64,000 nucleotides of DNA from an uncultured Nitrospinota bacterium (GCA_963707985.1 CAVPRW010000021.1:88671-152670), one strand, 5' to 3'. Positions 12,874-23,738 are shown, counted from the stretch's first letter. Made by a program: numbers and translations. Notes: a model not told the origin generated them from the sequence alone.

Positions 12874-13407
12874 ATGAAGTTGGGCCGGCGAGAGCAGCTG
12901 ATGATCATCGCTGGAGGGGTGGTGGTGGCCTTGCTACTCTTCTATCGCCTCGGCCTGTCACCAGCGATAGAGCGCCTACGAGCGCTGGACCGACTGGTGG
13001 CCCTTAAGGAGCGCGAGCTCCAGCAGATGAAGACACTCCACGAAACATATATCACCCAAAAACGCCTTATGGAAGACGTGAGTCGAAGCTTAGCCCAACG
13101 TGGCCCAGACTTCGCCATTTTTTCGTTTCTCGAGGACCTTGCCAAGAAAACGGGTATCAAAGACAACATTAAGTCGATGACACCGGCCCTCACCACCCCA
13201 GGAGAGTTGTTTCGCGAGTCATCTGTCGAAATGCGCCTCGAGGGCATCACGCTGCAACAATTGACGCGTTATCTCTACGACATCGAGCAGGCCCCCCAAC
13301 TCTTGCGTGTGCGCCGTATGCAGATTAAGCCACGCCCCGCCAATCCAGACCTGTTGGACGTGACCTTTCAAGTCTCCACCTTTTACCTCCAGGAAAGGAC
13401 CAGCTAG
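12874..13407 (+). CDS. gspM: Type II secretion protein GspM
   Basis: LGRREQ plus TM, coiled coil, VEMRLEGITLQQLTRYLYDIE ferredoxin-like domain. Follows gspL. Confidence 0.85.
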   Translation: MKLGRREQLMIIAGGVVVALLLFYRLGLSPAIERLRALDRLVALKERELQQMKTLHETYITQKRLMEDVSRSLAQRGPDFAIFSFLEDLAKKTGIKDNIKSMTPALTTPGELFRESSVEMRLEGITLQQLTRYLYDIEQAPQLLRVRRMQIKPRPANPDLLDVTFQVSTFYLQERTS

Positions 13408-13469
13408 GGGTAACACCTGCACGGCCTTGACGGATCATCTATTGGAGGCAAGTATCGCACCGACGGCAA

Positions 13470-14283
13470 ATGGCCGTATGGTGGGCCGATCTCTCGCAGG
13501 CACAACGAGTTTTCGCCGACTTGCAAAAAGCGCCGGAAAGGAGCACAGTCACCTCTGTGAGGGAGCACTGGTGGTTGCCGACACGTATCGATGGCGAGGA
13601 ATGGCTTGATGAGGGGCGTGGTACGTCTGAGGCCATCGACCGGAGCCTCGCAGATCTCGGCCGCATCAATCGCTGGCTAGGAGGTATGGGAGGATTGACA
13701 TCCCATCTCTACCCACGTATACGCGGGTGTCAAACCGACCGAGTCCGTGTGCTCGATCTCGGCGCTGGAGGCTGTACCACTCCCGAAAGCCATAGCAGGC
13801 TGGGCACGTCACGCTGCGATCACACTGCAAATCTATGCGCTAGACCTGCGCCAGGCACATCTGCGGTGGGCTCAAAGGCGATTGCAGAGCTGGCCTGAGA
13901 TTGCTTTGATTCAGGGGGATGTGCGGGCACTGCCGTTGGCGGAAGGCAGCGTCGATTTCGTGATCTCTTCGCTCTTTTTACATCACTTTACGGCCCCAGA
14001 ACTGATCCAGGTTCTGCCGCAGTGGGCCCGCCTGGCACGTCAGAGCCTCATCATGACCGATGTGGTACGCCATCCTGTTCCCTATTGGTTCATGAAGGCG
14101 ACGAGTCCTATATTCGCTCGCAGCACCATTACGCGGCATGACGCCGCGGTGTCGGTTCGACGGGCCTATCGCGCCCAAGAGCTGCAGAGCATTGCGGCAG
14201 AGGCGGGGCTGGCGCAGGCTCGTGTCCACACCTGTTTTCCTTATCGCATGATCCTCGTTATCGACCATACAGTGATTGGCTGA
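13470..14283 (+). CDS. Class I SAM-dependent methyltransferase-domain protein (frameshift near 13780)
   Basis: EWLD..SLADLGRINRWLGG, VLDLGAGG SAM motif, SLFLHHF, RHDAAVSVRRAY. Split over ORFs 13470..13898 and 13747..14283; the start is uncertain. Confidence 0.8.
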
Positions 14284-14285
14284 CT

Positions 14286-15503
14286 ATGACTGCATGGGAT
14301 ATCGCCGTCATCGGCGGGGGCGTGGCCGGAAGTACTGCTGCCACCCTATTGGCGCGACAAGAGCTGCGGGTGATCCTCATCGAGAAGGGCACGTTTCCGC
14401 GTCAGAAGGTCTGCGGCGAATTTCTCTCGTTCGAAGGGGTAGCCGTCCTGAATCGCCTGGGAGTGTGGCCACAGCTTGAGGCCTACCATGCATACCGCAT
14501 TGATGGCTTTACCTTGACCGCTGGCCGGCGACTAACCCAGCATAGGTTACCCTCTCCCGGCTGGGGAGTGAGTCGTTGGGTCCTTGACCACATACTCTGG
14601 GAACACGCAAAACGCTCCGGAGTGTCGACCCACGAGCGCTGTACGGTGGCGCAGATCACGGGTGATTTTCAGCGCGGGTTTGCCCTGACCTTGCAGCACG
14701 CCGGTCAACCGTCGACTCATCTGCAGGCGCGCGCTGTCCTTTGCGCTGCTGGCCGACAATGGAGGCCTCGCGGTCAGCAACGGGGGTCAGACGATCACGA
14801 GAGGTCACGCTTTGTTGGTCTGAAGGCGCACATTCAGGGTGTACCTCTCGACCGGCATGTCGAACTGCATACCATTCGACACGGATATTGCGGCATGGTC
14901 GAGGTCGCCGACGGTGTCACCAACCTCTGTTGTTGGGTAGAGGCAGAGAGGCTACGCCGCGCTGGCGGGAATCCCCACCGTTTCCTGGCCTTAGCGCGGC
15001 GAGAAAATGCCCACCTGTGTTTACGTTTGCAGGGCGTCGAACAGGCTGGCCTCTCGTGGACAACCACCAGTTTCACCTATGGGCGGACCGTTGCCCCAGT
15101 CGTATCAGACATCTGGAACATTGGTGACTGTGCCGCGATGGTCGCGCCGCTCACCGGTGATGGCATGGGAATGGGGTTGCGGGCGGCCGAACTTGCGGCA
15201 ACAATGATGCTCGAGGTTTTTCGCCAAAAGTTGCCATGGAATCTGGCAACGGCTGAGTACATGCGTCGCTGGCAAGGGGAATTTCATCCTCGCCTGCAGT
15301 GGGGACGAGGTCTGGAGGCCCTGCTACTCCACCCACGACTGGCCGCGCTCGCTTGTGGAGTGCTACATCGGGTTCCCCGACTCATGCCACAGGTTTATCG
15401 TCGGACACGACAACTAGTGCCCGCATCCGGTTCAGCCGTGGAAGTCATCATAACAACAGCCGCAATCGCGTTGATATTTGAAAGCGCGATAAAAGGTCTA
15501 TAA
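14286..15503 (+). CDS. FAD-dependent oxidoreductase (geranylgeranyl reductase / flavoprotein monooxygenase-like)
   Basis: IGGGVAG Rossmann motif, FPRQKVCGEFLS, IGDCAAMVAPLTGDGMG. Confidence 0.85.
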   Translation: MTAWDIAVIGGGVAGSTAATLLARQELRVILIEKGTFPRQKVCGEFLSFEGVAVLNRLGVWPQLEAYHAYRIDGFTLTAGRRLTQHRLPSPGWGVSRWVLDHILWEHAKRSGVSTHERCTVAQITGDFQRGFALTLQHAGQPSTHLQARAVLCAAGRQWRPRGQQRGSDDHERSRFVGLKAHIQGVPLDRHVELHTIRHGYCGMVEVADGVTNLCCWVEAERLRRAGGNPHRFLALARRENAHLCLRLQGVEQAGLSWTTTSFTYGRTVAPVVSDIWNIGDCAAMVAPLTGDGMGMGLRAAELAATMMLEVFRQKLPWNLATAEYMRRWQGEFHPRLQWGRGLEALLLHPRLAALACGVLHRVPRLMPQVYRRTRQLVPASGSAVEVIITTAAIALIFESAIKGL

Positions 15504-15538
15504 GAAACCGAACCCCGCTGAGTAGATAGGATAACGCG

Positions 15539-16033
15539 ATGGCGACGAAGACTTCGAGGGCGATGCACACTGAGAATGGTATTGAGATCCGTGGGGATAT
15601 CAAACGCATCTTCCAAGTGGCGGCCCAGGTCGATAAATGGCCTGAAATTCTGCCGCATTACCGCTGGGTCCGCGTCTTGCACCGCAAGAGGCGGCGTACG
15701 ACCGTCGAGATGGCGGCGAGGCGGGGACGCATCCCCGTGAGTTGGACAGCAGTGCAGGAAGTCTTTCCATACGAGCGCATCACCTACAAGCATATCAAAG
15801 GCTTTACGACGGGTATGGATGTCATTTGGTCGTTCAAGTCGAGTCAGGAACGGGTGGAGGTGGTCATCACCCACGATTTTTCCCTGTCTTGGCCGCTCCT
15901 GGGTGACTTCGTCAGCAGGTACATTGTGGGAGCCCTATTTGTCAAGCCGATTGCGTCAAGAACACTGCAGCATCTGAAGCAGACCGTGGAATCTGGGCAG
16001 ATCGTTGGCCGTAGGGTTGAGGGGACACGATGA
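15539..16033 (+). CDS. SRPBCC/START-like polyketide cyclase/aromatase-family protein
   Basis: IFQVAAQVDKWPEILPHYRWVRVL...VSWTAVQ...GMDVIWSF pattern and 164 aa length. Confidence 0.75.
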   Translation: MATKTSRAMHTENGIEIRGDIKRIFQVAAQVDKWPEILPHYRWVRVLHRKRRRTTVEMAARRGRIPVSWTAVQEVFPYERITYKHIKGFTTGMDVIWSFKSSQERVEVVITHDFSLSWPLLGDFVSRYIVGALFVKPIASRTLQHLKQTVESGQIVGRRVEGTR

Positions 16034-17283
16034 CTAAGGGACGAGAGCGACGAGTGGTGATCACCGGAATCGGTGCGGTCACGCCGATCGGCCATGGTCG
16101 TGAGGGCCTCTGGCAGGGGGTTTTGCGGGGTAAATCTGCCGTTCGGCGGGTGTCGGCGTTCGATGTCGATGCCTACCGCTGCCAGGTAGCCGCCGAGGTC
16201 CGAGATTTTGACCCAACACCTTACCTCGACAAGAAACAGTTAAAGCGGCTCGACCGTTATTCACAGTTTGCCGTGTGCGCGGCCAAGATGGCGGTTGTCG
16301 ATGCCGGCATCGCTCTCGAGGCGGAACCCCACGAGGAAGTGGGGGTCTGTATCGGTTCAGCTCTCGGGGGCATGATCACCGCCGAGGAGCAGCATGGACA
16401 GTTTGCCAGGCGTGGCCTGAGTGGCGTGAGTCCGATGTTGGCGGTAACGGTTTTCGGCGCCGCAGCCTCATGCAATATCGCCATCGAGTTCGGCATCACC
16501 GGCCCAAACTCCGCCAACTGTAATAGTTGCGCCGCCGGGGCGATCGCCATCGGTGAGGCCATGCGCTATATCCAGCGCGGAGAGGCCGAGGTCATGTTGG
16601 CAGGTGGGGTGGAAGCGCCGATTGCCCCCCTATCCTTCGGGGCCTTCAGCGTCATTCGTGCCATGTCAAAACGCAATCATGACCCTGAGCGAGCTTCTCG
16701 CCCATTCGATAAGGGCCGAGATGGCTTCGTTATGGGGGAGGGGGCCGCCATTCTGGTCCTGGAAGAAATCGCACACGCCATCAGGCGTGGGGCCCGCATT
16801 TATGGAGAACTGCTGGGGTATAGCCTGACCAATGATGCCTACCATATGTCGGCTCCCCGCCCGACTGGTTCTCAGGCCGCCCGGGCCATCGACCTGGCGC
16901 TCAAAGACGCCGGGTTGGCGCCAATGGATATCGACTACATCAATGCGCATGGCAGCTCGACGCCGCTCAACGACAAGACCGAAACCCAGGCGATCAAACG
17001 GATCTTTGGAGTCCATGCGTCACATATCCCTATCAGTGGCACCAAGGCCTTGTATGGCCATCCTTTGGGAGCCTCAGGAGCCATCGAAGCTGCGATTGGG
17101 GCGTTAAGCTTGTGTCACGATTATCTGCCGCCAACGATGAACTATGAGATACCCGATCCCGACTGCGATCTCGATTACCTGCCAAATGTCGGTCGGGTGG
17201 CGCATGCACGCTATCTCTTATCGAATTCGTTTGGCTTCGGCGGGATTAATGCTTGTCTTGTGTTGGGGCGTTATGGCGAGTGA
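16030..17283 (+). CDS. Beta-ketoacyl-ACP synthase II-like ketosynthase (FabF-like)
   Basis: RVVITGIGAVTPIG, catalytic Cys in NSCAAGA, His in NAHGSST and YGHPLGA, NSFGFGG. Start overlaps the cyclase stop. Confidence 0.92.
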   Translation: MTKGRERRVVITGIGAVTPIGHGREGLWQGVLRGKSAVRRVSAFDVDAYRCQVAAEVRDFDPTPYLDKKQLKRLDRYSQFAVCAAKMAVVDAGIALEAEPHEEVGVCIGSALGGMITAEEQHGQFARRGLSGVSPMLAVTVFGAAASCNIAIEFGITGPNSANCNSCAAGAIAIGEAMRYIQRGEAEVMLAGGVEAPIAPLSFGAFSVIRAMSKRNHDPERASRPFDKGRDGFVMGEGAAILVLEEIAHAIRRGARIYGELLGYSLTNDAYHMSAPRPTGSQAARAIDLALKDAGLAPMDIDYINAHGSSTPLNDKTETQAIKRIFGVHASHIPISGTKALYGHPLGASGAIEAAIGALSLCHDYLPPTMNYEIPDPDCDLDYLPNVGRVAHARYLLSNSFGFGGINACLVLGRYGE

Positions 17284-17286
17284 TGG

Positions 17287-18186
17287 CTAGCGGTAGAACT
17301 CAGCGCGATCGATGCCAGTGAGGCGTATTTCGTGCAAGTCCTCACCCCGTTGGATGGTCAGGATCAGCTCATCACCCGCACGTCGCTTCCACAGAGCTTC
17401 ATACAGCTCCCGACGGCCTGCAATCTCGACATGATCGACCTCAAGGATCATGTCCTTCACTTCCACGCCGGCACGGCTCGCGGGTCCGTTCGGGATCATG
17501 CCGATCACTGCCACTCCACTCTCAATGGCCTCAGAATAAATCCCTATCCATGGCCGCGGCCGACGACCGACCACTTGGCCGAACGTGAACACGCTGTCCC
17601 GGATACCATGAAACAGATCAATGGGAATGGCCAGGCTCATTTCCTTGGGTGAATTGAGGTTCAGCGATAGAACCCCGATCATCTTGCCGAAGGCGTCAAG
17701 CAGGGGTCCACCACCGAAGCCGGGGTTCATGGCCGTCGTCAGAATGGCGCGGTCGAGCATGTACTCCCAATAGGCATCGAACGGTCGGAGCGCCGATATG
17801 AAGCCGGGGGATGCCATACGCTGTGTCTGATCTGTGGCCGCCACAATGATGACATTATCTTGTTCCTGGAGGGCGGCTGAGCGTCCAAGGGAAACAGTCG
17901 GGAGATCACGCGCCGGCGTTTGCAAAATGGCCATACCACTTTCAAAGTCTTGGAACAACAGGGTTGCAGGGTACTGCTGTTGGTCGGGTAGGGTGATCTC
18001 GATGGTTCGCGCGCCCATCACTACGTAACCCACCGTGAGAATATGGCCCTCGGCATCGATGACCGCCCCCGATCCCGTGCGCTCAGTTCCCAGGATACGT
18101 GCTGAGGGATGGCGTTGCGGGGTCACCGAGCGAATGCTGACGACCGCTGGTACCACATGTTCCAGAAACTTCAAATGGTCGTTCAC
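17287..18186 (-). CDS. HtrA/S1C-like trypsin + PDZ protein with degenerate catalytic triad
   Basis: GSGAVID..ILTVGYVV, MNPGFGGGPL, C-terminal PDZ (WIGI..GPASRAGV). Confidence 0.8.
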   Translation of the reverse strand: MNDHLKFLEHVVPAVVSIRSVTPQRHPSARILGTERTGSGAVIDAEGHILTVGYVVMGARTIEITLPDQQQYPATLLFQDFESGMAILQTPARDLPTVSLGRSAALQEQDNVIIVAATDQTQRMASPGFISALRPFDAYWEYMLDRAILTTAMNPGFGGGPLLDAFGKMIGVLSLNLNSPKEMSLAIPIDLFHGIRDSVFTFGQVVGRRPRPWIGIYSEAIESGVAVIGMIPNGPASRAGVEVKDMILEVDHVEIAGRRELYEALWKRRAGDELILTIQRGEDLHEIRLTGIDRAEFYR

Positions 18187-18228
18187 GCGGCTCCCTCCAC
18201 ATCAGGAGGTCATAAGAGAATCGGGGAA

Positions 18229-18927
18229 TCAACACTCTGGGACTTCTGATCCAGTCAATCTGGGAAGGAGGTTGGCAACGGAATCCAGAATCAGGTCGGG
18301 TTGGCTGGCCAGCAACGACTCACGCCGATCACCACCGGTAAGAACGGCGATCGTCCTGAGGCCAAGCGCTTTGCCCGCGGTAATATCGATCGGGCCATCT
18401 CCCACCATCACCGCCTGCTGGGCTGGGACATTGAGATGGTCAAGGGCACGCTGGAGATGCTCAGGATGCGGCTTGACAAAACGTACGACCTCACGCGGGA
18501 GAAAAACATCACATAGGTTGTCGATGGTGGCGCAGATCGTGCGCACGGCGGACGCGCTATTGCGTGTCACCACACCGAGCTTGAAACCTTGTTGGCGCAG
18601 GACTTGAAGAACCTCTATAGCTCCCGGCAACATGCCTCCGCGGCGGGCACAATCGATCTCGAGTGCCAGAATGGACGCCTGCGCCTCCCGATGAAAGTCT
18701 TCTGCACGAAGGTCACCGGTCGGGCCCAATTGGGCTCGCACGGCCTCGATCATCTCCAGGATGTACAGGTGCTTCACCGGTACTGGATCAATGCCATACC
18801 GTACAGCGATCGTCTCGACCTGCCGACGCATCAGGCCAAAATCGATGTTCGCAATCGCCAACGTCCCATCGAAATCGAAGACAAATGCCTGTATGCCTTC
18901 AAACATGTGCGGAATGTATTCTCCCAT
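18229..18927 (-). CDS. HAD-superfamily hydrolase (phosphoglycolate phosphatase-like)
   Basis: FDFDGTL, GVVTRN, KPHP, MVGDGPID motifs. Confidence 0.9.
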   Translation of the reverse strand: MGEYIPHMFEGIQAFVFDFDGTLAIANIDFGLMRRQVETIAVRYGIDPVPVKHLYILEMIEAVRAQLGPTGDLRAEDFHREAQASILALEIDCARRGGMLPGAIEVLQVLRQQGFKLGVVTRNSASAVRTICATIDNLCDVFLPREVVRFVKPHPEHLQRALDHLNVPAQQAVMVGDGPIDITAGKALGLRTIAVLTGGDRRESLLASQPDLILDSVANLLPRLTGSEVPEC

Positions 18928-19107
18928 TAAGTCGCCCAGCGTCGATGACCTTCATGTGTCCGATGGGATCGATTGTACGGTATAAAGTCGCAATGTTCAA
19001 GCCTTTCGCTGCCCCAGCGCTTGACAGCTGCACGGAATCAGCGTATGAAAAGAATGTGATGTGGTGACTCTCCCCACTGCTAGACGATCTCGCCCTGAGG
19101 AGGATTT

Positions 19108-20127
19108 ATGCTTCCGCGCCCGACGTTTGCCGATGTCCTGCGCGCCAAGCGCATCGTTAGCCGTTACCTGCCCCGCACGCCGCTCCTGCCATCCCTGTCC
19201 TTGAGCAAACTCTTGGGATTTCAGCTCTATCTCAAGTTCGAAAACTATCAGCCTATCGGTGCCTTCAAGGTGCGTGGCGGGCTGAATCTCGTCTCCTCAT
19301 TAACATCAGGGGAGCGCGCCCGTGGGGTCATCACGGCCTCGACCGGCAATCACGGGCAATCGATTGCCTATGCAGCGCAGACCTTCGGAATACGGGCGGT
19401 CATCGTCATGCCTGAGGTGTCCAATCCGGATAAGGTCGAATCTATGCTCAACCTGGGCGCGGAAATCGTCTTCTGTGGCGAAGATTTCGAGGCCGCGCGC
19501 ATGAAAGCTGAACAGATGGCCCAGGAGCACGGCATGTATTACGTACATCCGGCCAATGAGCCGCTGTTGATCGCTGGCGTGGGTACCTACGGCCTGGAAA
19601 TCATGGAAGACCTGCCGGAAGTCCAAACTATTCTCGTTCCTATTGGTGCAGGAAGTGGTATTTGTGGCACGTCGATCGTTGCGAAGTCGATTAATCCTCA
19701 GATTCGCATCATCGGAGTCCAGGCTGAGAGGGCTCCTAGTGTCTATCGCTCTTGGCAAGAGCGACGGATCGTCGACACACCATCCTGCGATACTTTTGCC
19801 GAGGGGTTGGCTACACGGACCGCTTTTGAGTTACCTTTGAGCATCATGCGCGATTTGGTGGACGATATCGTCCTGGTAAGTGAGGACGAATTGAAGCAAA
19901 CTATCGTCCTTTTGCTGGAGAAAGCGCACACCATTGCCGAGGGCGCCGGCGCAGCGTCCACGGCTGCTGCCATTCAGCTGAAAGACCGCCTGCAGGGCCA
20001 GACAGTGGTCTGCGTTTTGAGCGGCGGGAACCTACCACTGACAACCTTGCAGGGTATCATCGCTGAAATGCGGCCCTCGATGCGCGTGGCTTCCGTCGGC
20101 ACGGCATGTGCTACCACAGACACGTAG
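19108..20127 (+). CDS. PLP-dependent threonine/serine dehydratase (catalytic domain only)
   Basis: KFENYQPIGAFKVRGG, ASTGNHG, PIGAGSG, VLSGGN. No ACT domain. GAGGAGG RBS. Confidence 0.9.
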   Translation: MLPRPTFADVLRAKRIVSRYLPRTPLLPSLSLSKLLGFQLYLKFENYQPIGAFKVRGGLNLVSSLTSGERARGVITASTGNHGQSIAYAAQTFGIRAVIVMPEVSNPDKVESMLNLGAEIVFCGEDFEAARMKAEQMAQEHGMYYVHPANEPLLIAGVGTYGLEIMEDLPEVQTILVPIGAGSGICGTSIVAKSINPQIRIIGVQAERAPSVYRSWQERRIVDTPSCDTFAEGLATRTAFELPLSIMRDLVDDIVLVSEDELKQTIVLLLEKAHTIAEGAGAASTAAAIQLKDRLQGQTVVCVLSGGNLPLTTLQGIIAEMRPSMRVASVGTACATTDT

Positions 20128-20303
20128 GTCCAGACCTCGGCCCTCTGTTACCCTGTGGCAGACAGATGGAGGCGACATCCCCTGGCCAGGGGCGATGTTA
20201 CATACTATGGCGGGTCATAGATTAACGTTGACGCTGGCAGCTGAGCTGCGCTAGGCTGTCGTCGTTTTCCTAAGGCGAGGAATTTCGGGTAAGGCTCCGT
20301 ACG

Positions 20304-21719
20304 ATGCAGGAAGTTCATCTCAATCTCCTTCGGCAATTGCCCTCGGTGGATGGGCTGGCACAGGCATTTCAGTCTGGCAACGGCGGTGGCCACCCTCGGC
20401 CTAAGCGTCTCATAGAGGCGGCACGTGGGGTGCTTGAGCAGAAACGACGTCAGGTGTTGTCCGCTGCGACCGCCGAAGAGCTGAGCGCGATCGTTTTACA
20501 CCTGGAGGCGCTGCAGGCCGAAGTGGCCACTTGGCTCAGTCAGGCCGATCAATCTCACTTCCGACGCGTCATCAATGCTACCGGTGTGATCCTCCATACC
20601 AATCTCGGGCGGGCCCTGCTGAGCCAGGCAGCCGTTGAAAACGTGGCGCTTTTGGCCTCACACTACTCCAATCTCGAATACGATCTCGATCGTGGGCAGC
20701 GCGGAGATCGCTATGTGGCGGTAGTCGGTCTCTTGCAGCGGCTCACAGGAGCCGAAGAGGCCTTGGTCGTCAATAACAACGCCGCTGCCGTGCTGCTTGC
20801 TCTGCAAGCGCTAGCTGCTGGGCGGGAGGTAGTGGTTTCGCGGGGCGAGTTGATCGAGATCGGGGGCTCGTTTCGCATCCCAGACATTATGCGGTCCAGT
20901 GGCGCGCTGCTCAACGAAGTGGGCGCCACCAATAAAACGCATCTGGCGGATTACCGGGCTGCCATCAACGAACGCACCGCCCTGCTCCTCAAGGTTCACA
21001 CCAGCAATTACCGGATCGTGGGGTTTACCGAGGCGGTGCCACGGGAAGCGTTGGTGCAGTTAGGAAGCGCCTCCCAACTTCCGGTCATGGAGGATCTCGG
21101 CAGCGGCAACCTGGTTGACCTATCAGCGTTTGGCTTGGAGCAGGAGCCGACGGTCTCGGAGGCCATAGGCGCTGGAGTTGACGTGGTGACCTTCAGTGGC
21201 GATAAGCTGCTGGGGGGGCCTCAGGCAGGTATCCTGGTGGGCAAGAAGCGCTACCTTGACATGCTGAAACGACACCCGTTGAACCGTGCTTTGCGTATCG
21301 ACAAGATGACGCTCGCTGCCCTGGAGGCAACCTTACGCCACTATCTTGACCCCGCGGAGGCGATCCGAGCGATTCCGACGTTGCAGATGATCACTGCTCC
21401 CATACAGGGCGTGAACCGGCGGGCGCGACGTTTACTCCGCCAGCTGGCGGGGATTGTGAGCCGTGATTGGGTTGTCGAAGTGCGGGAAGACGTGTCGGAG
21501 GTCGGTGCTGGAGCCTTACCCCTGACGAAAATCCCTACACGGGTGATTAGCGTCCGTTCCAACCAGGTGTCCGCTACTGCGATCGAGCACAGCTTCCGTC
21601 GGCAAGATCCCCCCGTACTGGGACGGATTCAGCAGGACACGTTCTTGTTAGATATGCGGATGGTTCAAGACCACGAGCTACCCGAGGTCGTACAGGCGTT
21701 TCGGCGTGTCTGCAGTTAA
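20304..21719 (+). CDS. selA: L-seryl-tRNA(Sec) selenium transferase
   Basis: [51 protein letters not shown]. Confidence 0.97.
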   Translation: MQEVHLNLLRQLPSVDGLAQAFQSGNGGGHPRPKRLIEAARGVLEQKRRQVLSAATAEELSAIVLHLEALQAEVATWLSQADQSHFRRVINATGVILHTNLGRALLSQAAVENVALLASHYSNLEYDLDRGQRGDRYVAVVGLLQRLTGAEEALVVNNNAAAVLLALQALAAGREVVVSRGELIEIGGSFRIPDIMRSSGALLNEVGATNKTHLADYRAAINERTALLLKVHTSNYRIVGFTEAVPREALVQLGSASQLPVMEDLGSGNLVDLSAFGLEQEPTVSEAIGAGVDVVTFSGDKLLGGPQAGILVGKKRYLDMLKRHPLNRALRIDKMTLAALEATLRHYLDPAEAIRAIPTLQMITAPIQGVNRRARRLLRQLAGIVSRDWVVEVREDVSEVGAGALPLTKIPTRVISVRSNQVSATAIEHSFRRQDPPVLGRIQQDTFLLDMRMVQDHELPEVVQAFRRVCS

Positions 21720-21821
21720 GCAGGGCTCAGCCTGCCAAGTCTGACGCAGTGAATGCGGACATACCAGAGGGCTTCCCGGCCGGGGGCTGGTCGTCCAGTG
21801 TAGGGACCGGCATAGTGAGGA

Positions 21822-23738
21822 ATGACGATGAAGCAAGTGGTCATGGGAACGGCTGGACATATCGACCATGGCAAGACACAGCTTATCAAAACATTGACAG
21901 GCATCGATACCGACCGATTGAAGGAGGAGAAAGAGCGGGGCATCACCATCGATTTAGGTTTCGCGCACTTGACGTATGAGGACGGGACGGAAGTGGGGGT
22001 CATCGATGTACCGGGGCACGAACGCTTTGTCCGCAACATGCTGGCGGGTGTCGGCGGCATCGATTTGGTGATGTTGGTCATCGCCGCCGATGAGGGAGTG
22101 ATGCCCCAAACCAGGGAACATCTGGCCATTTGCCAGCTGCTCCGAATTAAGGAAGGTCTGGTGGCGCTCACCAAGTCCGATCTGGTGGATGAGGAATGGC
22201 TCGAGCTAGTGAGCGAAGACACGCGAGAGTTTCTGAAAGGGACGTTCCTAGAGGGTAAGCCCATTGTTCCGGTGTCGGCGAAGACCGGTCAAGGGCTCGA
22301 GGATCTGAAGCGTGTCTTGCAGGGACTCGTGGCTTGCGTGCCACCAAAACAATCACAGGGGAAATTTCGTCTTCCCGTTGATCGCGTTTTTACGATTCGC
22401 GGCTTTGGTACGGTGGTCACGGGGACACTCTTTTCAGGCACGATTCGAGTCGAAGAGCGCATCGAGATCTACCCCAGGGGGATTGAAGCTAAAATCCGTG
22501 GCTTGCAGGTGCATAACGCGAGCGTAGCGGAGGCGGTTGCGGGCCAGCGCACGGCGATTAATCTCCAAGGTATCGACAAGGTAGAGCTCGAGCGGGGCGA
22601 TGTTCTCGGTCACCCAGGGGAATTTGCCCCTACATTCATGCTAGATGCGGTATTGCAACATCTTCCCGATGCGCCACGGCCACTCCGTCACCGCGCTCGC
22701 GTCCGACTCCATGTCGGAACCAGCGAAATCATGGGGCGGGTGATCCTCCTGGACCGCGATGAGCTGATGCCGGGAGAAGAAACCTCTGTGCAGTTCCGCC
22801 TTGAGGCACCGGCCATTGTCCTGCCTCGTGATCGATTCGTGATTCGGAGCTATTCACCAGTGCAAACGATTGGCGGTGGCATGGTGCTCGACGCGCACCC
22901 CGCGAAGCATCGTCGCGGGGACGCCGGCCTGACTAGCCACTTTCGGCTGCTCGCCGAGGGTACCCCGGAGGAGGTCGTGGCGCACCACCTGCAGCAGGCC
23001 ACTCACCAAGGGCTGCGTTTGTCCGAGTTTCTGCCGCGGACGGAGCTGTCGGAAGCGCACTTGCGTCAGGTTGCGACCACCTTGCAAGGAGCTGGCCGGG
23101 CGCGCACCGTCAGTGCCGATATGGGATGGTATCTCCACGCTGAAGCGTTGGACGCCCTGACAAGAGAATTGCGTCGTCATCTCGAAACCTACCACCGGCA
23201 GAATCCGCTGAAACCGAATATCTCGATTGAAGAGTTGCGCGCTAAAGTTCGTGGTCTCAGCGAACGTGTCTGCCTGGTAGCCCTTGAGGAGCTCCGCCAG
23301 CAAGGGGTGATGGTTGTCGAGCGTGATCGTGTGCGTCTGGCCAGCCATCAAGTCGCCCTTGACGACACTCGTGAGCGGATATTGAATGAACTCGAAGCTG
23401 AGTTCCTGGCGGCGGGCTATCAGCCACCGAGAGTGGAGGATCTCTTCGCCAAATTGAACATTGGCAAAGGGCACGACAAAGCGCTTCTCCAGGTGCTCCT
23501 CGACCAGGGGCGTGCGGTCCGTCTTAAGGATAACGTTATATTTCATCGTTCGAACCTTGTGAAGGCCGAGTCCTTGCTGGTACAGCATTTACGCAACCAT
23601 CGCGAGATCACCCCTATCGAGTTCAAAGATCTCCTTGGAATCTCGCGGAAATATGCGATTCCCATGCTGGAATACTTCGATAGCCAAAAGATTACCATTC
23701 GCGTTGGGGACAAGCGAATCCTTCGAGGCATGAGCTGA
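21822..23738 (+). CDS. selB: Selenocysteine-specific elongation factor
   Basis: [30 protein letters not shown]-terminal wHTH with [13 protein letters not shown]. Confidence 0.97.
   Translation: MTMKQVVMGTAGHIDHGKTQLIKTLTGIDTDRLKEEKERGITIDLGFAHLTYEDGTEVGVIDVPGHERFVRNMLAGVGGIDLVMLVIAADEGVMPQTREHLAICQLLRIKEGLVALTKSDLVDEEWLELVSEDTREFLKGTFLEGKPIVPVSAKTGQGLEDLKRVLQGLVACVPPKQSQGKFRLPVDRVFTIRGFGTVVTGTLFSGTIRVEERIEIYPRGIEAKIRGLQVHNASVAEAVAGQRTAINLQGIDKVELERGDVLGHPGEFAPTFMLDAVLQHLPDAPRPLRHRARVRLHVGTSEIMGRVILLDRDELMPGEETSVQFRLEAPAIVLPRDRFVIRSYSPVQTIGGGMVLDAHPAKHRRGDAGLTSHFRLLAEGTPEEVVAHHLQQATHQGLRLSEFLPRTELSEAHLRQVATTLQGAGRARTVSADMGWYLHAEALDALTRELRRHLETYHRQNPLKPNISIEELRAKVRGLSERVCLVALEELRQQGVMVVERDRVRLASHQVALDDTRERILNELEAEFLAAGYQPPRVEDLFAKLNIGKGHDKALLQVLLDQGRAVRLKDNVIFHRSNLVKAESLLVQHLRNHREITPIEFKDLLGISRKYAIPMLEYFDSQKITIRVGDKRILRGMS

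Noticed and set aside
20176-20200. CCCCTGGCCAGGGG palindrome after the dehydratase gene as a REP family
   Set aside because: Only one copy noticed in the window; most likely a simple hairpin.
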